Of a DNA stretch of 64,000 nt, positions 8,376 to 19,591 are shown piece after piece (position 1 is the first letter of the stretch; every line of letters starts with the position of its first letter). The translations under genes were made by a program, and so were the position numbers. Location: positions 480,001 through 544,000 of the forward strand of contig CAWJET010000002.1 in NCBI GenBank assembly GCA_963842085.1, written 5' to 3'. Below the pieces are notes generated by a model. It saw nothing but the letters and a program-made list of their open reading frames with translations, was not told the DNA's origin and did no database searches. This DNA is from an uncultured delta proteobacterium. Lineage in GTDB: Bacteria; Desulfobacterota; Binatia; Binatales; Binataceae.

Positions 8376-9128
8376 TTAATGCACGATCATCCCGAGCCGA
8401 TCCCATCTGACGTACTCGAACCAGAGCAGGACTTCGCTCAGCGTCGACGCGCCGTCCGCTTTCTCCTCATTCCAGGGCAGGTAGATGATTGTGGCGCGCC
8501 CTTCGACATCGTTGAGGTCGACGAAGCCCCAGAAGCGGCTGTCGTAGCTGCGATCGCGATTATCGCCCATCATGAACAGCTTGCCCGGCGGAACAGTCAC
8601 GGGTCCGAAGTTGTCGCGCGGCGAGACGGGAGAGCGATCCTGCGCGGCGACCTCGAGATGCGCGTGCGGATCCGGCATCGGTGAGCCGTTGAGCCATACG
8701 ACGCCGTTCTTCACGGCAATCGTGTCGCCGGCGACGCCGATCACGCGCTTGATGAAATCCTTGGTGCGATCAGGCGGGAAGACGAACACCACGACATCGC
8801 CGCGATGAACCGGTTCGAGATGGAAAACGTACTGGCCCAGCGGCAGGCCGGGGATGTCGAGGCCGAAAATCGAGTCGGGCATCCGCAGCCCGTAGATGAT
8901 CTTGTTGACCAGGATGTGGTCGCCGATGAGCAGCGTCGGTTCCATCGAGCCCGACGGAATCTTGTACGCCTGTAGGAAGAATGTGCGGATGAAGATCGCG
9001 AGCACGAGCGCGATGAACATCGCCTCGCCGTATTCGCGCGCGACGGATTTCTGCACGGGCGCGTGAGTTGCGGGCTCGCGGGAAGCTTGCTGCTGCGCCT
9101 TGGGAAGATTACGCGCTGGTTCGGCCAC
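8376..9128 (-). CDS. lepB: Signal peptidase I
   Basis: IPSGSMEPTL (Ser), FIKRVIG (Lys), GDNRDRSYDSRFWG; follows lepA. Confidence 0.96.
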   Translation of the reverse strand: MAEPARNLPKAQQQASREPATHAPVQKSVAREYGEAMFIALVLAIFIRTFFLQAYKIPSGSMEPTLLIGDHILVNKIIYGLRMPDSIFGLDIPGLPLGQYVFHLEPVHRGDVVVFVFPPDRTKDFIKRVIGVAGDTIAVKNGVVWLNGSPMPDPHAHLEVAAQDRSPVSPRDNFGPVTVPPGKLFMMGDNRDRSYDSRFWGFVDLNDVEGRATIIYLPWNEEKADGASTLSEVLLWFEYVRWDRLGMIVH

Positions 9129-9135
9129 GGCTACC

Positions 9136-10938
9136 CTACTCCCCGACCTTGAGCAGGGCCAGGAAAGCCTCTTGCGGAATCTCGACGCGCCCGACCTGTT
9201 TCATCCGCTTCTTGCCTTCCTTTTGCTTCTCGAGCAGCTTTCGTTTGCGCGTGATATCGCCGCCGTAACACTTGGCGGTGACATTCTTGCGCAGCGCCTT
9301 GACGGATTCCCGAGCGATGATCTTGGCGCCGATCGCGGCCTGAATCGCGACTTCGAACATCTGGCGCGGAATCAACTCGCGCATCTTTTCGCACAACGCC
9401 CGGCCCCGTTCGTAAGCCTTGTCGCGATGCACGATAATCGAAAGCGCGTCCACCACCTCGCCGTTTATCCGAATATCCAATTTAACCAGAGGCCCGGCCC
9501 GGAAGTCCAGAAACTCGTAGTCCAGCGAGGCATAGCCGCGGCTCACCGATTTCAGCCGATCGTAAAAGTCGAAGACGATCTCGGCCAGCGGCAGTTCGTA
9601 GTGCAGGATGACGCGCTTCTCGCCGAGGAAGCGCAAGTCGCGCTGGATCCCACGGCGATCCTCGCACAGCTTCATCACGGCGCCCAGGTACTCCTCGGGC
9701 ATGTGGATAGATGCGAGGATGAACGGCTCCTCGATCGCCTCGATCGTGTTCTCGTCGGGCAGCAGCGACGGATTGTCCACCGTCGTCAGCGCGCCCGAAA
9801 CGGTGCGCACCTGGTAGGCGACGGTCGGCGCAGTCACGATCAGGCTGATCCCGAATTCGCGCTCGAGACGCTCCTGCGCGATCTCCATGTGCAGCAGACC
9901 CAGGAACCCGGCGCGAAAGCCGAAGCCGAGCGCCTGCGAGGTCTCGGGCTCGCAGATGAGGCTCGCGTCGTTGAGCCGCAGCTTTTCGATCGCGTCGCGC
10001 AGCGCGCCGTACTGATTCGCCTCGGTCGGATAAAGGCCCGCGAATACCATCGGCTTCAGTTCCTTGAAGCCCGGCAGCGGCGCGACGGCGGGATTGTCCG
10101 CGTCGGTGATCGTGTCGCCCACGCGCATGTCCGCGACGGTTTTGATCCCTGCCACGACGAAGCCAACCTCGCCCGGGCCGAGCGCGTCTGCGGGCCGCTC
10201 GTGCGGAGTGAAATGCCCCAGGCGCATCACCTCGCCCAGCTTGTCGGTGCCCATCAGCCGCACTTTCATCCCGACGCGAAGTCCACCGCCGAAGACGCGG
10301 ACCAGGCCAATCACGCCTTCGTACACGTCGTACCAACTGTCGAAGATAAGCGCGCGAACGGCATTTTCGCCGGTGGGTTTGGGCGCGGGAATGCGCGCGA
10401 CGATCGCTTCGAGAACATCGTCGATGCCGACGCCTTCCTTGGCGCTGGTGAGAATCGCCTCGGAAGCGTCGAGCCCGATAATTTCCTCGATTTGCTGGCG
10501 GGTGCGTTCGATGTCGGCGCCGGGCAGATCGATCTTGTTGATCACGGGAATAATTTCCAGCCCGTGATCGAGCGCGAGATAGACGTTGGCGAGCGTTTGC
10601 GCCTCGACGCCCTGGCTCGCGTCGACGATCAGGAGCGCGCCCTCGCACGCAGCCAGGCTGCGCGAAACTTCGTAGGCAAAATCGACGTGCCCCGGGGTGT
10701 CGATCAAGTTGAGGACGTACCCTTTGCCGTCTTTGGCGGTGTAGTTGAGGCGGACCGAGCGCGCCTTGATCGTGATGCCGCGCTCGCGCTCGAGGTCCAT
10801 CGAGTCCAGGAACTGATCCTTCGACTCGCGCATCGTGAGCGCGCCGGTGCGCTCGAGGATTCGATCGGCAAGCGTGGACTTGCCGTGATCGATATGCGCG
10901 ATGATCGAAAAGTTGCGAATCGAGGCGGCTTCGGTCAT
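9136..10938 (-). CDS. lepA: Elongation factor 4
   Basis: [45 protein letters not shown]; start set at ATG 10938 (600 aa). Confidence 0.98.
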   Translation of the reverse strand: MTEAASIRNFSIIAHIDHGKSTLADRILERTGALTMRESKDQFLDSMDLERERGITIKARSVRLNYTAKDGKGYVLNLIDTPGHVDFAYEVSRSLAACEGALLIVDASQGVEAQTLANVYLALDHGLEIIPVINKIDLPGADIERTRQQIEEIIGLDASEAILTSAKEGVGIDDVLEAIVARIPAPKPTGENAVRALIFDSWYDVYEGVIGLVRVFGGGLRVGMKVRLMGTDKLGEVMRLGHFTPHERPADALGPGEVGFVVAGIKTVADMRVGDTITDADNPAVAPLPGFKELKPMVFAGLYPTEANQYGALRDAIEKLRLNDASLICEPETSQALGFGFRAGFLGLLHMEIAQERLEREFGISLIVTAPTVAYQVRTVSGALTTVDNPSLLPDENTIEAIEEPFILASIHMPEEYLGAVMKLCEDRRGIQRDLRFLGEKRVILHYELPLAEIVFDFYDRLKSVSRGYASLDYEFLDFRAGPLVKLDIRINGEVVDALSIIVHRDKAYERGRALCEKMRELIPRQMFEVAIQAAIGAKIIARESVKALRKNVTAKCYGGDITRKRKLLEKQKEGKKRMKQVGRVEIPQEAFLALLKVGE

Positions 10939-10939
10939 T

Positions 10940-11881
10940 TCAACTCGAACGGGCGCGTTGCTGCTTGAAATATTTGAACGTCTCTTCGAGTCCGTCGGCG
11001 AGCTTCTTTTCGGGCCGCCAGCCAAGTTCCTTTTCCGCGCGCGCCGGCGAGATGACCGAGCGCTTCTGTTCGCCGGGGCGGGCAGCGGCGTGCTCCGCCT
11101 TGGTCGGGAAGTCGGCGATTCCCGCGAGCGTGGAATAAAGATCGTTCACGTTAGTCTCGATGCCGGTGCCGATATTTAGCGCGATTCCCGAGGTGCTCGA
11201 TTTACCCGCCGCGAGCACGGCCCTGACCACGTCGCCGACGTAAACGTAGTCGCGCGTCTGCGTGCCGTCGCCGTAAATCGTAACGGGGGTGCCGTCGAGG
11301 ATTCGTCCGCAGAAGATCGCAACGACGCCGGCCTCGCCGTGCGGATCCTGGCGCGGGCCGTACACGTTGCCGAATCGCAGCGCCAGGTAATCGATTCCGT
11401 ACTCGACCTTGTAAAAAAAGAGATAGGCTTCGGTCGCGAGCTTGGCAACGCCGTACGGACTCACCGGGCGTTTCGGATGGTCCTCATTGCAGGGAAACTC
11501 GTCCTGCTCGCCGTAAATCGCGCCGCCCGTGGAGGAAAAAACCACGCGCTTGAGGCCGTGTTTGCGCGCCGATTCGATCAGGTTGAGGAATCCGACCAGG
11601 TTCACCTGCGCGTCGAATGCGGGATCGGCGACCGAGCGCCGCACGTCCATCTGCGCCGCGAGGTGGAAAATAATCTCGGGCCGCACTTTCTCGACAACGG
11701 ACGTAACCGCGGCGGCGTCGCGCAGATCGGTCTGATAGAGCGTCGCTTTCGCGTTCACCTGATGGCGCTTGCCGGTGGAAAAATCGTCCAGCACCGACAC
11801 TTCACCCGCACCGGAGGCAACGAGCGCATCCACGATGTGCGAGCCGATAAAGCCGGCGCCGCCGGTCACCATAATTCTCAT
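10940..11881 (-). CDS. NAD-dependent epimerase/dehydratase (UDP-sugar 4-epimerase-like)
   Basis: [39 protein letters not shown]. Confidence 0.92.
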   Translation of the reverse strand: MRIMVTGGAGFIGSHIVDALVASGAGEVSVLDDFSTGKRHQVNAKATLYQTDLRDAAAVTSVVEKVRPEIIFHLAAQMDVRRSVADPAFDAQVNLVGFLNLIESARKHGLKRVVFSSTGGAIYGEQDEFPCNEDHPKRPVSPYGVAKLATEAYLFFYKVEYGIDYLALRFGNVYGPRQDPHGEAGVVAIFCGRILDGTPVTIYGDGTQTRDYVYVGDVVRAVLAAGKSSTSGIALNIGTGIETNVNDLYSTLAGIADFPTKAEHAAARPGEQKRSVISPARAEKELGWRPEKKLADGLEETFKYFKQQRARSS

Positions 11882-11896
11882 CGAAGTGTCCTTGTC

Positions 11897-13204
11897 CTAA
11901 ACCGGGTGGCGCCCGACCGAGTAGTACCGGAGTTCGAGCGCCTTCATCAGATCCGGATCATACAGGTTCCGGCCGTCGAATATCACCGGCTCCTTAAGCT
12001 CGGCCTTGATCCGCTGGAAGTTGGGATGCCGGAACTCGTTCCACTCGGTCAGAATCAACAGCGCGTCGGCACCCTGGAGCGCCTCGTAGTTGGTCTTGTG
12101 GTAGGTGACGCGATCGCCGAAAATCTTGCGCGCATTTTCCAGCGCTTCGGGGTCGTGCACGCGGCACTTCGCACCGGCCTGCAGGAGTTCCTCGATCACG
12201 ACCTGCGCCGGCGCCTCGCGCATGTCGTCGGTGCGCGGTTTGAACGCGAGCCCCCAGATCGCAAGCGTGCGGCCGGTCAGGTTTTCTCCGAAATGCTGTT
12301 TCACGCGGGCGGGAATCAGCCGCTTCTGGCGGGAGTTCACCGACTCCGCGGCCCGCAGAAGCGCGAAATCGAGATTATGCTCGCTGGCAGTATGAATCAT
12401 CGCCTGCACATCCTTGGGAAAGCATGAACCGCCGTAACCGACTCCCGGGAACAGGAACGACGAACCGATGCGCTTGTCGGTGCCGAGTCCGCGGCGGACG
12501 GCGTTGATGTCGGCGCCCACAGCGTCGCACAGGTTCGCCATCTCGTTGATGAACGAGATGCGCATCGCGAGCATCGCGTTGGACGCATACTTGGTCAGCT
12601 CCGCCGAGCGCGGATCCATCACGAGGATCGGATTGTCGGTGCGCACGAACGGGTTGTGAATCTCCTTGAGGATAGCCGTCGCTTGCTCGCTCAGGCTTCC
12701 GATCACGACCCGGTCCGGCCGCATGAAGTCCTCTATCGCGGAGCCTTCCTTGAGAAACTCCGGAACCGAGCACACGTCCGCCCGATGCTTGGCAAATTTA
12801 CCGACAATTTCCCGCACTCGATCGTTGGTGCCAACCGGGACGGTGCTCTTGATTGCCACGATATGATAGCCGGTGATCGCCTTTGCGATATCCTCGGCGG
12901 CCTGGAAAATCGCGCTCAAATCCGCCGCGCCTGACGCGCTCATCGGAGTGCCTACGGCGATATATGAGACCATCGACTGTTTGATCGCCTCGGCGATGTC
13001 GGTGGTGAAGTGAAGCCGGCCTTCCTTCAGATTGCGCCGCACCAGTTCTTCGAGTCCCGGCTCGTAAATCGGAATCTTGCCCTCACAAAGCTGCGCGATT
13101 CGCTGCTGGTCGATGTCGACGCAGAATACTTCGTTGCCGCTTTCGGCATAGCAAGTGCCGCTCACGAGTCCGACGTATCCGCTCCCCACGACTGCGATGT
13201 TCAT
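11897..13204 (-). CDS. ugd: UDP-glucose 6-dehydrogenase
   Basis: GSGYVGL, PEFLKEGSA, GYGGSCFPKD, AFKPRTDDMRE, DGRN. Confidence 0.94.
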   Translation of the reverse strand: MNIAVVGSGYVGLVSGTCYAESGNEVFCVDIDQQRIAQLCEGKIPIYEPGLEELVRRNLKEGRLHFTTDIAEAIKQSMVSYIAVGTPMSASGAADLSAIFQAAEDIAKAITGYHIVAIKSTVPVGTNDRVREIVGKFAKHRADVCSVPEFLKEGSAIEDFMRPDRVVIGSLSEQATAILKEIHNPFVRTDNPILVMDPRSAELTKYASNAMLAMRISFINEMANLCDAVGADINAVRRGLGTDKRIGSSFLFPGVGYGGSCFPKDVQAMIHTASEHNLDFALLRAAESVNSRQKRLIPARVKQHFGENLTGRTLAIWGLAFKPRTDDMREAPAQVVIEELLQAGAKCRVHDPEALENARKIFGDRVTYHKTNYEALQGADALLILTEWNEFRHPNFQRIKAELKEPVIFDGRNLYDPDLMKALELRYYSVGRHPV

Positions 13205-13213
13205 CGATAGCCT

Positions 13214-14152
13214 CTAGAATTCTTCCCTGATTACGTAGATCGGCTTTCCCTGCGATTCGTGATAGGTACGCGCGAGCATCTCGCCAAGCAATCCTATACT
13301 CACAAACTGCACTCCGACGACTACTAACAATACTGCCAATAACAGCGCCGGCCGATTACCCAGTTCACGTCCAAGTAGTATTTTTTCCAGCACCAGTATG
13401 AAGGTCCATAGCCCGCCGAGTCCGCTCAGCACCATTCCGATCAAGCCGAACACCTGTATCGGCGCCGTAGAATAGCCGGATAGAAATTTGACGGTGATTA
13501 GGTCAAGCAACGTGCGCACGATGCGCCACAGACCGTACTTCGAGATGCCGGCATGGCGCGGCCGAAAGCCGATTTCGACTTCTGCGATTCGCGCGCCCTG
13601 CTCCGCCGCTATCGCGGGCACAAATCGATGCATCTCGCCGTAGAGCTGCAGGCTCCGTGCCAGGTCGCGGCGGTATGCCTTGAAGGTGCAGCCGTAATCG
13701 TGAAGCTTGACGCCGGTCATCGCGGAAATCAACGAATTTGCCGCCATTGAAGGCAGCCGGCGCGTCAGCCGTTCCTCCTGCCACCGCTCGGTCCGCCAGC
13801 CGCTGGCGAGGTCGTAGCCCTCGTCGAGCTTGGCCAGCAGCCGCGGGATGTCAGCGGGATCGTTTTGTCCGTCACCGTCCATCGCGATGACGACGTCGCC
13901 CGTGGCGTGCGAGAAGCCGCACGCCAGCGCGGCCGTCTGCCCCGAGTTGCGCGCCAGGGAGATTACGCGCACATTCTCGTCCGCTGACTTAATCTTACGC
14001 AGTGCGTCGAGACTGCCGTCGGTACTGCCGTCGTCCACGAAGATCAATTCGTAAGCCCGGCCAAGACTCTGCATCACGCGGCTCAACTCTGCATGCAGCG
14101 GGGCGAGATTATCCCGCTCGTTGTAGAGCGGAATAACTACTGAGTAGTCCAT
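13214..14152 (-). CDS. GT2 polyprenyl-phosphate glycosyltransferase (ArnC/GtrB/Ppm1-like) with two C-terminal TM helices
   Basis: VVIPLYNE, VDDGSTDGS, RNSGQTAA, MDGDGQNDP, LYGEMHRF. Confidence 0.9.
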   Translation of the reverse strand: MDYSVVIPLYNERDNLAPLHAELSRVMQSLGRAYELIFVDDGSTDGSLDALRKIKSADENVRVISLARNSGQTAALACGFSHATGDVVIAMDGDGQNDPADIPRLLAKLDEGYDLASGWRTERWQEERLTRRLPSMAANSLISAMTGVKLHDYGCTFKAYRRDLARSLQLYGEMHRFVPAIAAEQGARIAEVEIGFRPRHAGISKYGLWRIVRTLLDLITVKFLSGYSTAPIQVFGLIGMVLSGLGGLWTFILVLEKILLGRELGNRPALLLAVLLVVVGVQFVSIGLLGEMLARTYHESQGKPIYVIREEF

Positions 14153-15060
14153 CTCGAGTGGTGAGAGTCTATCAGATCGATAAACTCTCTATAGCGATTG
14201 TCTATCTGCTCCCAGCTCAGATCCAATAGCCTCTCCAGCGAGTAGCGCTCGACCACGAACGACGCCATCACGCTGCCGTACACGACCGCCGTGCGCAGCG
14301 ACGATTCTGTCACGCGCCCGTGACGCGCCAAAAATCCCATCATGCCGCCGGCGAACGTATCGCCCGCTCCGGTTGGATCGACCACCTCCTCCAATGGATA
14401 CGCCGGTACTGCGAACATTCCTTCTTCGCTGAACTGAAGCACGCCATACTCACCGCGCTTGATCAGAACCGTCGCCGGGCCCATCTTCAGGATCGCGCGT
14501 CCCGCCTTCACCAGGTTGTGCTCGCCCGTAAGCACGCGCGCCTCATTGTCGCTGCAAAGGAGGATGTGGATTCGCTCGAGGACTTTGGCGAGACCCGGGC
14601 GTGTATTCTCGATCCAATAGTCATAGAGATCGGCCACGACCACTTTGGGACTGAGCACCTGGTCCAGCACGTGCTCCTGAAGCTCGGGATCGTTCGGCGC
14701 CAGATAGAGATAGTCAGCGCGGCGCTGGTCGGGCAGCAATTCCGGGGTGAAGTTCTCCAGAACGTTGAGCGAAAGCGCGACTGTGTCGCGCACGTTCATG
14801 TCTTCGTGGTAACGGCCGTGCCACCGGGTAGTCTTGCCCTCGCGTTTCGCAACTCCGCGCACGTCGATATTCCGATCCGTGAACAACTGCAAATCCTCGG
14901 CCTTGTAATCCGTGCCGACCACCGCGACGATGCTGACCGGAGAAAAAAATCGCGCTGCTATCGCAAAGTAGCTGGCGCCGCCGCCGATCACTTCCTCCAC
15001 TTTGCCATTGGGTGTCTCGACCGTGTCATAGGCCAGAAACCCGACTACAACGATACTCAT
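14137..15060 (-). CDS. PfkB family carbohydrate/nucleoside kinase
   Basis: GG at the N-terminal substrate loop, DPTGAGDTFAGG signature. Confidence 0.9.
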   Translation of the reverse strand: MSIVVVGFLAYDTVETPNGKVEEVIGGGASYFAIAARFFSPVSIVAVVGTDYKAEDLQLFTDRNIDVRGVAKREGKTTRWHGRYHEDMNVRDTVALSLNVLENFTPELLPDQRRADYLYLAPNDPELQEHVLDQVLSPKVVVADLYDYWIENTRPGLAKVLERIHILLCSDNEARVLTGEHNLVKAGRAILKMGPATVLIKRGEYGVLQFSEEGMFAVPAYPLEEVVDPTGAGDTFAGGMMGFLARHGRVTESSLRTAVVYGSVMASFVVERYSLERLLDLSWEQIDNRYREFIDLIDSHHSRWTTQ

Positions 15061-15094
15061 CTATTGCACCAGCGCTCCCAAAATTTGGACTGTC

Positions 15095-15958
15095 CTAGAG
15101 ATACTTGCCGACCAGCGGACGCAAGTCGTCGATCAAGCGCTGCGGGATCGCCGCGTGCTCGGTAATGATCGTGTTCTTGAGCGCGTCCTTGCACGCGCAG
15201 GTCCGCGGCCGGTGGCCGAGCGTGTGCGCGAGCGCCGACACCGCGCTTTGCGCCTTGTCCACGTTGAGTTTCATCACGCGCAGGATCTCGCCGATATCCA
15301 CCGCCGCGGCCGTTTCACGCCAGCAATCGTAGTCGGTCACCAGCACCAGCGCCGCGTAACACATCTCCGCCTCGCGCGCGAGCCGCGCTTCCTGCATTGC
15401 GGTCATGCTGATCACGCTCGCCCCCCAGCTTCGGTAGAGATTCGACTCGGCACGCGTCGAGAATTGCGGACCTTCCATGCACAGATAAGTCCCGCTGTCG
15501 TGAATCACCGCGCCGCCCGCGCGCGCCGCGCCGGTCAAATCGCTCGCGAGATTTGCACACACCGGATCGGCGAGTGAAACGTGCACCACCAACCCGTCGC
15601 CGAAAAATGTCTCGGGGCGTTTGAATGTACGATCGATAAACTGATCGGGAACCACCAGTTCGCCCGGACGAATTTCCTCTTTGAGGCTGCCCGCCGTAGA
15701 CACCGAAACCAGATGGGTCACACCGAGCTGCTTCATCCCGAAAACATTGGCGCGAAAATTTATTTCGGACGGCAGCAATCGATGGCCGCGACCGTGTCGC
15801 GAAAGAAAAACGACCTCGATGTCCCCGATTCGCCCCTGGTAAAATGGATCCGACGGCCGGCCGAACGGCGTCTCGAGCTCCATCAGCTCGACCTTGTCCA
15901 GGCCCTTCATCTGGTAGAAGCCGCTGCCTCCGATCACCCCAAGTACGTTGTGCGACAT
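15095..15958 (-). CDS. mtnP: S-methyl-5'-thioadenosine phosphorylase
   Basis: GVIGGSG, RHGRGH, EGPQFSTRAES, VTDYDCW; start set at ATG 15958. Confidence 0.92.
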   Translation of the reverse strand: MSHNVLGVIGGSGFYQMKGLDKVELMELETPFGRPSDPFYQGRIGDIEVVFLSRHGRGHRLLPSEINFRANVFGMKQLGVTHLVSVSTAGSLKEEIRPGELVVPDQFIDRTFKRPETFFGDGLVVHVSLADPVCANLASDLTGAARAGGAVIHDSGTYLCMEGPQFSTRAESNLYRSWGASVISMTAMQEARLAREAEMCYAALVLVTDYDCWRETAAAVDIGEILRVMKLNVDKAQSAVSALAHTLGHRPRTCACKDALKNTIITEHAAIPQRLIDDLRPLVGKYL

Positions 15959-15974
15959 TTTCTTCTGGCGCTTA

Positions 15975-17048
15975 TCAGGCCGGGTTGTGCTGTTCGGCGT
16001 AGAGCTGACCGCATGCCGCCGCAATATCGAGCCCCCGGCTTTCGCGGATTGTAGCGGTCAAATTACCGTTCCTGAGGATCGCTTGAAAGGCCTCCACCGC
16101 TGCGCGCGAGCTGGTCCGAAGGGGAGAATCCGGCAGCGGATTGAAAAAGATCAAATTCACCTTGGCGCGCAAAGGCGCGAGCAGCTTCACCAGACGACGA
16201 GCGTCCGCGATCGAATCGTTCACCCCCGCCAGCATCACGTACTCGAAGGTGATCCGGCTGCGCCGCTTTAGCGGCAGCTTGCGGCATGCGTCGAGCAGGG
16301 CTTCCAGCGGATAGCGCCGGTTGATCGGCGCGAGGCGATCGCGAAGCTCATTGGTCGTCGCGTGCAGCGATACCGCCAGATTAACCGGCGTCTCGCTCAG
16401 CAGTCGCTCCATCATCGGGACCAAGCCGACGGTCGAGAGCGTGATCCGTCGCGGCGAGATACCCATTCCCCACTCCGAAGTCATTATCGCCAGCGTACGG
16501 ACTAATCGCGGATAGTTGGCGAGCGGCTCACCCATTCCCATGAAGACAAAATTCGTCAGCTCTTCGCCCGCGCTCAGCTCGCGCCGAGTGGCGAAGATCT
16601 GCGCCAGCATCTCGGAGCTGGTGAGGTTGCGATGCAATCCCATGCGCGCCGTTGCGCAGAATTCGCATGCCATGGCGCATCCCACCTGGCTCGACATGCA
16701 AAGCGTGACCCGCTTTTCGGTCGGGATGATCACCGATTCGATTTCTTCGCCGTCGTCGAGGTGGATGAGCAGCTTTCGGGTGCCATCGGACGAACGCGAG
16801 ACGAACGACGACACCGGATGTCCAATCGTGAAGTTTTGCTTCAGATAGTTGCGCAGCGAAGACGGCAGATCGCGCATCTCATCGAACGACTCGGCGCCGC
16901 GAGCGTGCACCCAATGCAGAATCTGGCGGGCACGATATGAGCGCTCGCCTGCGTTCGCGACAAGCTGCTCGACTTCGTCGAGCGTCAGGTCGCGGAAATC
17001 GGCGCGCGTGGGCGCCAGCTCGTCCAGAGTTTGGCGATTCGCGTTCAC
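15975..17048 (-). CDS. rlmN: 23S rRNA m2A2503 radical SAM methyltransferase
   Basis: SSQVGCAMACEFC, MGMGEP, DIAAACGQL. Confidence 0.96.
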   Translation of the reverse strand: MNANRQTLDELAPTRADFRDLTLDEVEQLVANAGERSYRARQILHWVHARGAESFDEMRDLPSSLRNYLKQNFTIGHPVSSFVSRSSDGTRKLLIHLDDGEEIESVIIPTEKRVTLCMSSQVGCAMACEFCATARMGLHRNLTSSEMLAQIFATRRELSAGEELTNFVFMGMGEPLANYPRLVRTLAIMTSEWGMGISPRRITLSTVGLVPMMERLLSETPVNLAVSLHATTNELRDRLAPINRRYPLEALLDACRKLPLKRRSRITFEYVMLAGVNDSIADARRLVKLLAPLRAKVNLIFFNPLPDSPLRTSSRAAVEAFQAILRNGNLTATIRESRGLDIAAACGQLYAEQHNPA

Positions 17049-17099
17049 GGCCCGTTATTCTAATCGAAACGCCGCCGTGAAAGCAGGACGGTCTCTTTT

Positions 17100-17516
17100 C
17101 TAGGCCAGGATTTCTCGGGCGGGGAAGAAAAACGCGATTTCATTCGCCGCGGTTTCGGGCGCATCGGAACCGTGCGTGGCGTTTTGCTCGACGTCGATTC
17201 CGAAGTCCTTGCGAATCGTGCCGGCATCGGCCTTTTTCGGATCGGTGGCGCCCATCAACTGACGCCACTTGCCGATGGCGCCCTCGCCTTGCAGCACCGC
17301 GATGACCACCGGGCCGGAAGTCATGTAGTCGCACAGCCCGCTGAAGAACGGCCGCGCTTTGTGCACGTCGTAAAACTTCTCGGCGTCGGCGCGCGAGAGA
17401 CGAATCTTGCGCAGCGCCACGATCGTCAGCCCCGACGCTTCGATTCGCTTGAGTATGTCGCCGGTGAGTCCGCGCCGGACCGCGTCGGGCTTGACGATCG
17501 CCAAAGTTTGTTCCAT
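17100..17516 (-). CDS. ndk: Nucleoside diphosphate kinase
   Basis: IVKPDAV, NATHGSD. Confidence 0.97.
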   Translation of the reverse strand: MEQTLAIVKPDAVRRGLTGDILKRIEASGLTIVALRKIRLSRADAEKFYDVHKARPFFSGLCDYMTSGPVVIAVLQGEGAIGKWRQLMGATDPKKADAGTIRKDFGIDVEQNATHGSDAPETAANEIAFFFPAREILA

Positions 17517-17520
17517 GGAA

Positions 17521-18399
17521 TTATTTCTTGCCCTCGAGCACCGATTTCATCGTCGAGCCGAGGTCGGCCGGGCTCGACGCCACTGTGATTCCTGCCGCCT
17601 TGAGCGCCGCGATTTTGTCGGCCGCGGTGCCGCGCCCGCCGGAGATAATCGCGCCGGCGTGGCCCATGCGCCGTCCCTTTGGCGCGGTCTGGCCGGCGAT
17701 AAACGCGACCACCGGTTTCTTAAAGTATTGCTTTATATATTCCGCGGCCTCTTCCTCCGCCGTCCCGCCGATTTCACCAATCATGATAACTGCGCGCGTC
17801 TTGGGATCTTCGTTGAACAGCTTGAGCGCGTCGATATGCGATGTGCCGACAATCGGGTCGCCGCCGATTCCGATGCACGTCGATTGCCCGATTCCGAGCT
17901 GCGTCAGTTGATACACCGCTTCGTACGTCAGCGTGCCCGAGCGCGACACGACGCCGATGTCGCCCGGCTTGTGGATGTACCCGGGCATAATGCCGATTTT
18001 GCATTCGCCCGGCGTGATGATTCCGGGGCAGTTGGGGCCAATCAGGCGCGACTTGGTGCCCGCCATGTACGCTTTCACCTTGACCATGTCGAGGACGGGA
18101 ACGCCTTCGGTGATGCAGATGATCAGCTCGATTCCTGCGGCGACCGCCTCGAGCATCGCGTCGGCGGCGAACGCCGGCGGCACGTAGATCACGGTCGCGT
18201 TGCAGCCGGTCGCTCGGCGAGCCTGCTCGACGGTGTCGAAAATCGGGATGCCCTCGAAGTCGGTGCCACCCTTGCCCGGCACCACGCCACCGACCATCTT
18301 CGTGCCGTATTCTTTGCACGCGCGCGTATGGAGCTGGCCCGTCGCGCCGGTAATTCCCTGCGTCAGCACGCGCGTGTTCTTGTCGACTAGAATGCTCAT
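17521..18399 (-). CDS. sucD: Succinyl-CoA synthetase alpha subunit
   Basis: [27 protein letters not shown]. Confidence 0.98.
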   Translation of the reverse strand: MSILVDKNTRVLTQGITGATGQLHTRACKEYGTKMVGGVVPGKGGTDFEGIPIFDTVEQARRATGCNATVIYVPPAFAADAMLEAVAAGIELIICITEGVPVLDMVKVKAYMAGTKSRLIGPNCPGIITPGECKIGIMPGYIHKPGDIGVVSRSGTLTYEAVYQLTQLGIGQSTCIGIGGDPIVGTSHIDALKLFNEDPKTRAVIMIGEIGGTAEEEAAEYIKQYFKKPVVAFIAGQTAPKGRRMGHAGAIISGGRGTAADKIAALKAAGITVASSPADLGSTMKSVLEGKK

Positions 18400-18408
18400 C
18401 TAAAAACT

Positions 18409-19572
18409 TTAAGCCCCGATTTCTTTCACGATGCGCTTGGCGGCATCGGCCATATCGCTGGCGCTGATCACCTTGATGCCGGACTCGGCCAGGATTCTCT
18501 TGCCCTCGACGACGTTGGTGCCTTCCATCCTGACGACCAACGGCACGCTGAGCTTGACCTGCTTGGCCGCCTCGACGACGCCCTGCGCCAGCACGTCGCA
18601 TCGCATGATGCCGCCGAAGATGTTGATGAGCACGCCTTTGACGCGCTTGTCCTCGAGCAGGATGCGAAATGCCGCCGCGACCTTCTCGGTGCTCGCGCCG
18701 CCGCCGACGTCGAGGAAGTTGGCCGGCTCGGCGCCGTAAATTTTGACAATGTCCATCGTCGCCATCGCGAGACCCGCGCCGTTGACCATGCATCCGATGT
18801 TGCCGTCGAGATGCACGTAGCTGAGGTCGTACTTCGCCGCCTCGGTCTCGGCGGGATCTTCTTCGTTGGCGTCGCGGAGCTCGCGGATATCCGGATGGCG
18901 GAACAGGGCGTTGTCGTCAAACGACATTTTCGCGTCGAGGCAGATGACGCGCCCGTCCTTGGTGACGACCAGCGGATTGATCTCGATGAGTGACGCATCG
19001 GTTTCGACAAACGCCCGGTAGATCCCCGCGAGCAGGGTTGCGAACTGGCCGACCTGCTTGTCCTTGAGGCCCAGTGAAAAAGCAATTTTGCGCGCCTGGA
19101 AGCCCGCGACTCCGAGCAAGGGGTTGATCTGTTCGGTGAGAATTTTGTCGGGCGTCTTGGCGGCGACTTCCTCGATATCCATGCCGCCCTCGGTGCTCGC
19201 GATCACGGAAACGGTTCCCGCCTTTCGATCGACCAGCATCCCAAGATACAGCTCGCGGGCAACGTCGCTCGCTTCCTCTATATAGACGCGGCGCACTACG
19301 CGGCCCTCGGGTCCCGTCTGATGCGTCACCAGCGGCTTGCCGAGGAGCTTGGCAGCGAAGTCGCGCACCTCGGACGCAACCGTCAGCAGTTTGACGCCGC
19401 CGGCCTTGCCCCGGCCACCCGCATGAATCTGCGCCTTGACCACAGCCTTGGGTTGGCCGAGCGCCGTGAACGCGGCCGCCGCCTCGTCAGGCGTGGTGGC
19501 GAACTGCCCCTTGGGAACGGGAACGCCGAAGCGCCCAAGTATCTGCTTGGCTTGATGTTCGTGGATGTTCAT
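18409..19572 (-). CDS. sucC: Succinyl-CoA synthetase beta subunit
   Basis: [39 protein letters not shown]. Confidence 0.98.
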   Translation of the reverse strand: MNIHEHQAKQILGRFGVPVPKGQFATTPDEAAAAFTALGQPKAVVKAQIHAGGRGKAGGVKLLTVASEVRDFAAKLLGKPLVTHQTGPEGRVVRRVYIEEASDVARELYLGMLVDRKAGTVSVIASTEGGMDIEEVAAKTPDKILTEQINPLLGVAGFQARKIAFSLGLKDKQVGQFATLLAGIYRAFVETDASLIEINPLVVTKDGRVICLDAKMSFDDNALFRHPDIRELRDANEEDPAETEAAKYDLSYVHLDGNIGCMVNGAGLAMATMDIVKIYGAEPANFLDVGGGASTEKVAAAFRILLEDKRVKGVLINIFGGIMRCDVLAQGVVEAAKQVKLSVPLVVRMEGTNVVEGKRILAESGIKVISASDMADAAKRIVKEIGA

Positions 19573-19591
19573 TCAGTTACCCGGCGCCAAC

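Noticed and set aside
9100-10968. 622-aa plus-strand ORF (likewise 20725-22671, 53625-55253, 62208-63686)
   Set aside because: Antisense to lepA, sdhA, plsX and glycerate kinase; explained by codon bias, no independent features.
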